The notes beneath the pieces are model-generated. The model saw nothing but the letters and a program-made list of their open reading frames with translations, did no database searches and was not told the origin of the DNA. Positions 39,718 to 45,720 of a stretch of 45,720 nt of DNA are shown here, in pieces (the first letter of the stretch is position 1; every line of letters starts with the position of its first letter). A program made the translations under genes and the position numbers. This DNA is from Dehalococcoidia bacterium (lineage in GTDB: Bacteria; Chloroflexota; Dehalococcoidia; DSTF01; RBG-16-68-14), in assembly GCA_041497735.1 (NCBI GenBank), contig JBGQHA010000001.1, forward strand, positions 1-45,720, written 5' to 3'.

Positions 39718-42284
39718 GCGCCGTCGACCAGGAGCGTCACGGTGCCGGCCGGGAAGTCTGCGCGCAGCGTGTAGTCACCCGGTTGATCGACGTGCCAGAC
39801 GGTGCGCCAGCGCTCCTCCGTCACGATCGGCTCCGATGACGTCGTGCGCGCAGCCGCCGTCAGCGGCGCGGTTGAGACGAAGTGCGGCTCGAAATCAAAA
39901 CGCTGGGTGATCTGCTGCTGCGGACCGCCCGGCAGCCCGAGCGAGCGCTGCTGCACCCAGCCGGCGATCGATGACATCGGGAAGAGATCTTGTGCCAAGA
40001 CGGGGCGGTCTCGGTCATCGGGCGATGTCCACACGAGGCGAACGCTGCCGCCTGCGTGTTGCTTTTCGAGCACGATGTCGACCTGATGCCATCCGGCGAC
40101 GAGATCGATCACTTGGTCCCGTTGCTGCCCCGGTCGCGTGTCATAGACGATTCGGTTGTCAATGCTAATGACCAAAGGATCGTCGGTCTGCGCATGGAGG
40201 CTCGCCGAACTGGACGTGCCCGAGTAGTAGACAAGCCCCTGCCACTGCACCATGAATGGTGGGAGAAGCGGCAAGCCCGCCTGGTCCCACGAGAGGTCGT
40301 TCACCTGATCGACGCGACTGGGTTCTGGCCCAGCGTTGAAGGCCGTGTAATTTGCGAGCAGGCCTGTCGGGCTCAGGTCATTCGCGCTTGCGAAGTTGTA
40401 CTCGACATACTCGTACCCCTGCTTCGTCCCGCCGCCGCGCCGGCTGGGCTCGCCGAGCGACGGGTACGCCTGACGCAGGTGCGCAATGGTGTCATCGATC
40501 TTCCCAAGCGGATCTGCGACCACGAGCGTGACCGGCCCCGGCGGTATGCCGTGTAGCGGCAAGGCCTCCTCCGCTGCGGGCACGGCTTCGCCGGCCAGGT
40601 CGTGGCAGACCCAGACGAAGTCGCCCCAGGCGCGCGTCTGCGCGTCGAAGCTGTCACGACGCTGCGCGAAGCCATCCAGCCCCCCGTCGCCGCTGTACGC
40701 GACGGTGTAGTTGGCGTTCGGACGCCCCTGCAGGTCGTGGCAGACCGAGTAGATCATCGCCCTCTCGCCGCCGTAGCTCTGGGCAACGACGCTCGACGGC
40801 GCCACCTGCCGGAAGAGCATGTCGGCGTTCCACCAGAACGCGAACGCCGCGCCGGCCACGAGCAACGCGCCGAACGCCCTCGCGCCGCGTTGCGTGAAAC
40901 GCCGGAGCACGAGGCGACGCGCGTCGTCCAGGAGAAACGCGATGAGCGCGATGAGCACCGGCACGAGCGTGATGAACTTCCACGGCCCGAAGTCCTCCAG
41001 CAGCAAGGCTCCCGCGCCGATGCTGACGAGAACCCAGCCCGTAAACAGCGCGCGGAAGCTGCGGAACGCAAACACGACGCCGGCCACGAGGCCCGCCAGC
41101 GCCAGCCAGCCCGTCAATGGATCGAGCAGGTCCTTGCCCGGGATGTCGCGCGGCGGCGACGTGGGGTACTCGTTCGGGCCGACGGGGAGGAAGATCTGCG
41201 CCTCCCACTTGAGTTGCGTCCGCCACTTGCTGGCGATTCGATCGCCGGCGCGGCCGCCCTCCTGCCGGTGCACGGAGGTCAGGTAGAGGTCATAGCCCTT
41301 GTGTGTGCCGACGATCAGTGGCACGAGCACGACCGCCGTTGCCATCAGCGCGATGATGAGCGGCTGCCACGCGACGCGTGCCAGCGCGCGCGCGCGCGCC
41401 CAGGCAGCGCCAACGGAGATCGGCGCTCGCAGGAGCACTTCGCGCGCGGCGGCCGCGCCGAGAAAGAGCGCGCCGACGATCGGCACGGCCTTGAACGGCT
41501 CGTATTCGTATGACAGCAGCCCCGCCAGCACGCCGGCGGCGAGCAACCACAGGGGGTTCTTCGTCTTGAGCCCGCGCACAAGCACAAGCGCGAACAGCAC
41601 GGCGTAGATCGTGCCTTCGGAAGCCTGGCGCGCGCGCAGCGACGGCCACCAGGCCGCTGCGTAGAGCGCCAGGCCGAACAGCGCGACGGGCACGCTCACG
41701 AGCTCGCGGAGCAGGAAGTAGAACGCGATCAGCGTGATGATGCTCATCACGACGAAGAAGAAACGCAGGCCGAGTGTGTTCTCGCCGAAGACGGCGAAGC
41801 CCGCCGCGCTGCCCCAGCGCGTGATCAGGAAGTTGAGCGGCCGCATGCCCTGCAGGGCGCGATAGGCGACGCCGCCGTTGATCGCCTCCTCGCAGCAGAG
41901 GCCGTCCGACGGCGGCAGCGAGGTCTGATAGCGATAGACGCGCATGAACACGCCGAAGGCGAAGATGCCCGCGAAGAAGAGGACCTCGACCCAGTGGGCG
42001 CGCCACATCTCGGCCAGCGCGCCTGCGCGCCAGTGCGGGCGCGCTGGCTGGTAACTGAGCGCCGCGAAGACAAGCGCCAGCAGCGCCAGGCCCAGCCAGG
42101 GCAGCGAGGCATCGAAGTTGTCCAGGACGAGGGTCGTGCGCCGGGGACTGTCGTTGAGGATGCGCGCGCCGTTGTAGGCGAAGCCGGCCGCCGCCAGCAG
42201 CGCGACCGCCTGCACATGCGTTCGGGCCGGACGCCAGGCAAAGAATCGAGGGCCAGCGCCGTTCGCAGGCGGGCGATCGCTCAA
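39525..42284 (-). CDS. GT-C-like polytopic membrane glycosyltransferase fused to two C-terminal PA14-like beta-sandwich domains
   Basis: TTG start (LSDRPPANG...). The N-terminal roughly 560 aa hold many TM helices, with first-loop motif DGLCCEEAINGGVAYRALQG. PA14-like 1: FMVQWQGLVYYSGTSSSASLHAQTDDPLVISIDNRIVYD...LVAGWHQVDIVLEKQHAGGSVRLVW. PA14-like 2: GDYTLRADFPAGTVTLLVDGAQV...LTAGPHTLELV. Confidence 0.7.
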   Translation of the reverse strand: MSDRPPANGAGPRFFAWRPARTHVQAVALLAAAGFAYNGARILNDSPRRTTLVLDNFDASLPWLGLALLALVFAALSYQPARPHWRAGALAEMWRAHWVEVLFFAGIFAFGVFMRVYRYQTSLPPSDGLCCEEAINGGVAYRALQGMRPLNFLITRWGSAAGFAVFGENTLGLRFFFVVMSIITLIAFYFLLRELVSVPVALFGLALYAAAWWPSLRARQASEGTIYAVLFALVLVRGLKTKNPLWLLAAGVLAGLLSYEYEPFKAVPIVGALFLGAAAAREVLLRAPISVGAAWARARALARVAWQPLIIALMATAVVLVPLIVGTHKGYDLYLTSVHRQEGGRAGDRIASKWRTQLKWEAQIFLPVGPNEYPTSPPRDIPGKDLLDPLTGWLALAGLVAGVVFAFRSFRALFTGWVLVSIGAGALLLEDFGPWKFITLVPVLIALIAFLLDDARRLVLRRFTQRGARAFGALLVAGAAFAFWWNADMLFRQVAPSSVVAQSYGGERAMIYSVCHDLQGRPNANYTVAYSGDGGLDGFAQRRDSFDAQTRAWGDFVWVCHDLAGEAVPAAEEALPLHGIPPGPVTLVVADPLGKIDDTIAHLRQAYPSLGEPSRRGGGTKQGYEYVEYNFASANDLSPTGLLANYTAFNAGPEPSRVDQVNDLSWDQAGLPLLPPFMVQWQGLVYYSGTSSSASLHAQTDDPLVISIDNRIVYDTRPGQQRDQVIDLVAGWHQVDIVLEKQHAGGSVRLVWTSPDDRDRPVLAQDLFPMSSIAGWVQQRSLGLPGGPQQQITQRFDFEPHFVSTAPLTAAARTTSSEPIVTEERWRTVWHVDQPGDYTLRADFPAGTVTLLVDGAQVASEQTPLSGPGQLGATVSLTAGPHTLELVQKLDTDVPLAGIELSAFAPGQGKSMQMNVTPY

Positions 42285-42451
42285 GGTGCGCTGTCTATCG
42301 GTAGAGGCATCGCATTCCCCGCGTGCGCGGCCGCGGCTGTAGAAGAATAGCGCTACACGTCCCAGCGCGCTTCACCCGAGGAGGAAGACCACTCATGACA
42401 GGCAAACCAAACCGAGACGGCTACCGAAGTGTGGCACCGTACCTCGAGGTC
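42176..42451. repeat. Diverged direct repeat R2, copy a (GT-C 5' end, divergent intergenic region, VOC N-terminus)
   Basis: AGGCGAAGCCGGCCGCCGCCAGCAGCGCGAC...GTTCGGGCCGGACGCCA... aligns with 43597 onward. Homology runs through the intergenic region (GCGGCTGT.GTAGAA.AATAGCGCT) into the first 18-19 VOC codons. Confidence 0.75.
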
Positions 42452-42547
42452 GTCGACAGCGTCTACGAGCGCGCGCTGGCGGCAAGGCCGACGAGTGGCC
42501 TCAGCTTCCGCCGACCGGGGCACCGTTCCCGCGGCGGCGGCCTGTGA
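42395..42547 (+). pseudogene. Degenerate VOC/glyoxalase-family gene remnant (N-terminus fused to an internal piece)
   Basis: MTGKPNRDGYRSVAPYLEV aligns with MVKPIPDGYHTVTPYLLV of the intact gene at 43810. The following VDSVYERALAA resembles DVDAVYKRAVAAG about 60 residues further into the intact protein. The rest is unrelated and overlaps the convergent methyltransferase. GAGGAGG RBS is retained. Confidence 0.55.
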
Positions 42548-43328
42548 CGATCCAGTTCTCCCGCTGGCCAAGCCGGGCGTGGCGCTGTTCCCTCTGCTCC
42601 GTCCGTATCTCCACCGTATCCAGGCCGCATGACTCCAGGCAACGCCGGACCTCGTCCTCGGTAAACACCACACCGAACCACGTGCCGCCTCCCTCCCGCC
42701 GCCGACTTCCGCCTTCGTCCTTGGCTACGTCGAACCGCAACGTTCCACCGGGCTTCAGAACGCGCGACCCCTCTTGAAGATACCGTAACACGAACCGCTT
42801 TTCGGGTATGTGCTGGAAGACGCGCCAGGAAAAGCAGAAGTCGAAATACCCGTCCGGAAAGGTCGCCAAAGAGCCGTCGCTCTGTTGGACATGCACGTTG
42901 GCGAGGCTGCGCAATCGCTCGCTGCATTGCGTGATCATCTCCTCTGAGATATCGACACCGTGGACTTCTGCGAAGCGGCGCGCCAGCGGCTTCAGCAGAC
43001 GGCCGAGGCCGCAACCGATTTCGAGTACCCGACTATCCGGTGGAAACGAGAGGCCCTTCAAAATGTGCGCCTCGACTTCCTGCTTGCCGGACAGGTCGAA
43101 CTCCTCTTCGCTCGCCCAATAGTCGGGCGCGACGTAAAAGCGGGCCCCCTCGCGCGCACGCTGGTCCCAGTCTTCAGCCATGGATCCACTACCTAAGAGC
43201 AAGCCCTTGGTGGGATGCATGGACGTGCTGTAGAGACGGCTACGCACTGGCGTGCGCTCCAGAATTCTCAGCGCCAGGGTGCTCACCCTGGTACTTAGTA
43301 CCGCCTTCAGAACCTTCTCAACACGCAT
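42501..43328 (-). CDS. Class I SAM-dependent methyltransferase (inserted cassette, lower G+C)
   Basis: RVLEIGCGLGRLLKPLARRFAEVHGVDISEEMI ... YFDFCFSWRVFQHI ... LKPGGTLRFD. The start is uncertain (43328, 43220 or 43181). An extended -10 TGCTATACT lies upstream at 43407-43399. 32/60 G+C at 42781-42840. Confidence 0.8.
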   Translation of the reverse strand: MRVEKVLKAVLSTRVSTLALRILERTPVRSRLYSTSMHPTKGLLLGSGSMAEDWDQRAREGARFYVAPDYWASEEEFDLSGKQEVEAHILKGLSFPPDSRVLEIGCGLGRLLKPLARRFAEVHGVDISEEMITQCSERLRSLANVHVQQSDGSLATFPDGYFDFCFSWRVFQHIPEKRFVLRYLQEGSRVLKPGGTLRFDVAKDEGGSRRREGGGTWFGVVFTEDEVRRCLESCGLDTVEIRTEQREQRHARLGQRENWIVTGRRRGNGAPVGGS

Positions 43329-43398
43329 CGCAGCCTTATCTGTGAACGCTCACGCGAATTCGCCCCACCTCAGCGATGGAGAGCCAGCGGGCGGCGGC

Positions 43399-43407
43399 AG
43401 TATAGCA
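43399..43407 (-). promoter_or_regulatory. Extended -10 element TGCTATACT for the methyltransferase cassette
   Basis: Reverse complement of AGTATAGCA at 43399-43407, about 70 nt upstream of the first in-frame ATG (43328). Confidence 0.4.
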
Positions 43408-43432
43408 GGGCATCTAACATCATCACGTCGGG

Positions 43433-43596
43433 GGCTCGCTTCGCTCGCAATCACGCAGGTCTTCCTCACGTCCGACCTCTCGTCCTTCGTCACAAGCGGC
43501 GCCATCCCGGTCGAGGGCCGCATGCTGGCCGCCGGTGGCTGGCTCCACCACAAGACCTTGGGCTGGACGACAGACCCAGCGGCATTCAAGGAACAA
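43433..43596 (+). pseudogene. 3' fragment of an SDR oxidoreductase gene (paralogous to 44208-45062)
   Basis: VFLTSDLSSFVTSGAIPVEGRMLAAGGWLHHKTLGWTTDPAAFK aligns with VFLASDLSSFVTGVTIPVEGGMLAAAGWLHHPTLGWTTDPSVFK. The nucleotide alignment is clear from 43458 to 43596. Confidence 0.7.
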
Positions 43597-43702
43597 AGGC
43601 GAAGCCGGCCGCCGCCAGCAGCGCGACGGCCTGGACCTGGGTTCGGGCCGGACGCCACGTAGCGATCGAGCGGCGCAGGGCCGGGCGCGCGGGCTGGCTC
43701 AA
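43597..43702 (-). pseudogene. 5' fragment (about 35 codons) of a GT-C gene, paralogous to the start of 39525-42284
   Basis: Hand translation of the minus strand from TTG 43702: LSQPARPALRRSIATWRPARTQVQAVALLAAAGFA, against LSDRPPANGAGPRFFAWRPARTHVQAVALLAAAGFA at 42284. It is truncated where it abuts the SDR fragment. Confidence 0.6.
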
Positions 43703-43767
43703 AGGGCGGTGTCCATCGTCGGCATCCCAGTGGCTCGAGCTGTCCGCGTTCACTGGCGCGGCTGTTG

Positions 43768-43773
43768 TAGAAT
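43768..43773 (+). promoter_or_regulatory. Possible -10 hexamer TAGAAT upstream of the VOC-SDR genes
   Basis: TAGAAT lies 37 nt upstream of the ATG at 43810. The duplicated copy at about 42336-42347 reads TAGAAGAAT (3-nt insertion). No good -35. Confidence 0.3.
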
Positions 43774-43809
43774 AGCGCTCGCTACCGCATCGAGCGAAGG
43801 AGGGTCACC

Positions 43810-44208
43810 ATGGTCAAGCCAATACCCGATGGGTATCACACCGTCACGCCGTATCTGCTCGTGAACGATGCCGCCAGGCTCATCGAGTTCCTGAAGGACG
43901 GCCTCGGCGCCGAGGAGATCGGGCGCATGCCCGGGCCGGACGGCGCCATTGCGCACGCCGAGGTGCGCATCGGCAACTCGGTCGTCATGATGGGCCAGCC
44001 CGGCGAAGGGAACCCCGGCGCTACAACGTCGGCGCTGTACCTCTATTTCGAGGACGTCGACGCGGTGTACAAGCGCGCCGTAGCGGCCGGCGGCGTATCG
44101 ACGGAGGAGCCGGCCGATCAGTTCTACGGCGACCGCCGGGCCGGCGTGAGGGACCCCTGCGGCAACACCTGGTGGCTCGCCACCCACATCAAAGACGTGC
44201 CGACGTAA
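43810..44208 (+). CDS. VOC family protein (glyoxalase/bleomycin-resistance fold)
   Basis: MVKPIPDGYHTVTPYLLVNDAARLIEFLKDGLGAEE ... HAEVRIGNSVVMMG ... FYGDRRAGVRDPCGNTWWLATH. GAAGGAGGG RBS. Confidence 0.85.
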   Translation: MVKPIPDGYHTVTPYLLVNDAARLIEFLKDGLGAEEIGRMPGPDGAIAHAEVRIGNSVVMMGQPGEGNPGATTSALYLYFEDVDAVYKRAVAAGGVSTEEPADQFYGDRRAGVRDPCGNTWWLATHIKDVPT

Positions 44209-45062
44209 TGGACGCCTCTCGCGTATCGCTCGCGGGCAAGGTCGCGATCGTCACCGGCGGCGCGCGCGGGCTCGGGAAGGGCTTCGCGCAGGGGCTGGCG
44301 GCGTTCGGCGCGAAGATTGTCATCGCCGACCGGAAGGAAGACGCCGCGCGCGAAACGGAGCGCGAGCTGCGCGACGCCGGCGCCGACGTGATCGCGATCG
44401 GCTGCGACGTGCGCGACGGCGCGCAGGTGCGCCGCATGGTCGACGAGGCTGTGCGCGCGTTCGGCGGCGTCGACGTTCTCGTGAACAACGTCGGCGGTAT
44501 CTATCTCGGTAAGGGCCGGCCGCCGCAGTTGCCGTTCCTGGAGCAGAGCGAGGAAGACTGGGACGACTCGTACGCGCTGAACTTGAAGAGCGTGTACCTG
44601 TGCACGTCGGCTGCGGCGAAGGCGATGGTGGAGCAGGGGCGCGGCGGCAGCATCATCAACGTCGCCTCCAGCGAGGCGCTGCGCTGCGCGCCCGGCTACG
44701 CGCCGTACGCCGCCTACAAGGCCGCGATCGTGAACCTGACGCGAACGCTGGCGCTGGAGCTGGCGCCGCAGCGCATCCGCGTGAACTGCATCGCGCCGGA
44801 CGCCATCCCCACTGAGGCCCTCGTACGCAGCTACCCGCAGCTCGCCACCGACGAGGCGTACGCGCACCACATCCCGCTCGCTCGCGCCGGCACCGTCGAT
44901 GACGCGGCGGGCGTGGCGGTCTTCCTCGCGTCCGACCTCTCGTCCTTCGTCACCGGCGTCACTATCCCCGTCGAGGGCGGCATGCTCGCCGCGGCCGGCT
45001 GGCTGCACCACCCAACGCTCGGCTGGACCACGGACCCGAGCGTGTTCAAGGCAACTAGGTAG
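44208..45062 (+). CDS. SDR family oxidoreductase
   Basis: The ATG overlaps the VOC stop (TAATG). VAIVTGGARGLGKG (TGxxxGxG), NNVG, YAAYKAA (YxxxK). The track ORF starts 36 nt earlier, inside the VOC gene. Confidence 0.9.
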   Translation: MDASRVSLAGKVAIVTGGARGLGKGFAQGLAAFGAKIVIADRKEDAARETERELRDAGADVIAIGCDVRDGAQVRRMVDEAVRAFGGVDVLVNNVGGIYLGKGRPPQLPFLEQSEEDWDDSYALNLKSVYLCTSAAAKAMVEQGRGGSIINVASSEALRCAPGYAPYAAYKAAIVNLTRTLALELAPQRIRVNCIAPDAIPTEALVRSYPQLATDEAYAHHIPLARAGTVDDAAGVAVFLASDLSSFVTGVTIPVEGGMLAAAGWLHHPTLGWTTDPSVFKATR

Positions 45063-45108
45063 GCTGCCGGCTTACTTCGTAAAGCATCGCGAATCGAGGT
45101 TTAAGACC

Positions 45109-45615
45109 ATGCGGATCGAAAACTTTGTACAGTACTGGGAACACCTACACCGCATGACGGTCGACTTTGTGAAGGTGGTTCCTAACGACAAGTGGGACTT
45201 TTCACCCGACCCTCCTGGAAGGATCGGGCGCGCAAAGGTTCCGCTCCGAATAGGCGACGGCTTTGCGCCGTTCTGCAAGCAACTGCGGCATGTGGTCTGC
45301 GTACGGGGCGTCTACAACGCCGCAATGGTCACGAAAAAGGCAGACTTCACGCAGAAGCACAATCACTACAGCGGCCCCTTGACTCGTGAGGCGCTGCTCG
45401 CAGCGCTCATGGATAAACAAGGACAATTCCTGGCCACGCTGGAATCGCTGGATGCTGGGACGCGGATTAATTTCGGCGAAACGGCGTTCACGTTGGATAA
45501 CTTCACATGCGAAGTCATCCAACACGAGGCAATTCACCACGGTCAGTGGAGCGTCTATGCTTCGCTGGGAGAGTTCGAGACGCCGCTTAGTTGGCGTGCG
45601 TCCTGGGGCTTATGA
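45109..45615 (+). CDS. DinB-family (DinB_2/YfiT-like) four-helix-bundle protein
   Basis: The ATG at 45109 (MRIENFVQYWEHLHRMTVDFV) lies behind GAGG; the upstream part of the track ORF overlaps the SDR gene. The C-terminal EVIQHEAIHHGQW is typical of DinB-like metal-binding His triads. 29/60 G+C at 45121-45180. Confidence 0.7.
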   Translation: MRIENFVQYWEHLHRMTVDFVKVVPNDKWDFSPDPPGRIGRAKVPLRIGDGFAPFCKQLRHVVCVRGVYNAAMVTKKADFTQKHNHYSGPLTREALLAALMDKQGQFLATLESLDAGTRINFGETAFTLDNFTCEVIQHEAIHHGQWSVYASLGEFETPLSWRASWGL

Positions 45616-45668
45616 GTGGCGGCACCCTCGGCCGGACCACCGACCCCAGGCCGTTTCGGAGGACGTAG

Positions 45669-45690
45669 GGGAGGGTCTTTAGACCCTCCC
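45669..45690 (+). terminator. Perfect 9-bp hairpin downstream of the DinB-like gene (no U tract)
   Basis: GGGAGGGTC-TTTA-GACCCTCCC, 54 nt after the stop codon. Confidence 0.3.
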
Positions 45691-45720
45691 GCACAAGGGC
45701 AGTATTGAAGAGGTGGTAGA

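Larger units (their letters stand above)
43597..43863. repeat. Diverged direct repeat R2, copy b
   Basis: See copy a. The offset between copies is 1421 nt. Confidence 0.75.

Noticed and set aside
1-45720. Mobile-element or defence content (transposase, integrase, CRISPR array, restriction-modification, toxin-antitoxin) as the hidden system, or as the cause of the rearrangements at 38-44 kb.
   Set aside because: - No ORF has DDE, tyrosine- or serine-recombinase, Cas or nuclease-like motifs.
- There are no regularly spaced short repeats.
- All seven methyltransferases look like small-molecule class I enzymes without DNA-methyltransferase motifs.
- No tRNA gene is available as an integration site.

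Overview
High-GC bacterial DNA (about 65-70% G+C by eye; hand counts on 60-nt stretches range from 48% to 80%). The window is almost fully coding. I saw no rRNA, tRNA, CRISPR array, transposase or integrase. The lineage cannot be assigned from sequence alone.

Bases 1-42284 form one very large cell-envelope glycan locus of about 36 intact CDSs in five transcription blocks:
- (i) Plus strand, 1-6232: rmlD, an RmlC-like cupin, two GT-B paralogues, wzm, wzt and a methyltransferase.
- (ii) Minus strand, 6246-8996: a radical SAM/SPASM enzyme and a methyltransferase/coiled-coil protein.
- (iii) Plus strand, 9230-16489: two acyltransferase-3 paralogues, two GT-C-like membrane proteins, a WbbL-like GT2 and a methyltransferase.
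- (iv) Minus strand, 16486-29775: a tightly packed 10-gene operon. It encodes a polyprenyl-phosphate-sugar-synthase-type GT2, four GT4s, two methyltransferases, two tandem GT-C paralogues and a Wzx-type flippase.
- (v) Plus strand, 30088-38453: an NDP-sugar dehydrogenase, a YvcK/CofD-like protein, a large polytopic membrane protein, a second membrane-anchored GT2, a GT2 remnant, a GT2, an HprK-like P-loop kinase and a methyltransferase.
- A 919-aa GT-C fused to two PA14-like domains (39525-42284, minus strand) closes the locus.

Main hypothesis: this is a two-stage envelope polysaccharide pathway of the streptococcal rhamnose-polysaccharide (gac/rgp) type. The polymer would be assembled in the cytoplasm, exported by an ABC transporter, then decorated outside the membrane from polyprenyl-P-sugars by GT-C enzymes. 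Here the extracytoplasmic arm is much larger (six GT-C candidates) and tailoring is heavy (seven SAM methyltransferases, two O-acyltransferases, one radical SAM enzyme, one kinase).

The right end (38.4-45.7 kb) is a mosaic of diverged segmental duplications. These left gene fragments (a PA14 3' piece, a GT-C 5' piece, a VOC remnant and an SDR 3' piece) around two inserted cassettes: a lipoprotein gene and a lower-GC methyltransferase gene. An extended -10 motif, TGnTATAnn, recurs in five intergenic regions. Two copies sit so close to the start codon that the mRNAs are probably leaderless.

All coordinates, motifs and repeats were read by eye. Family assignments need HMM or structure confirmation.
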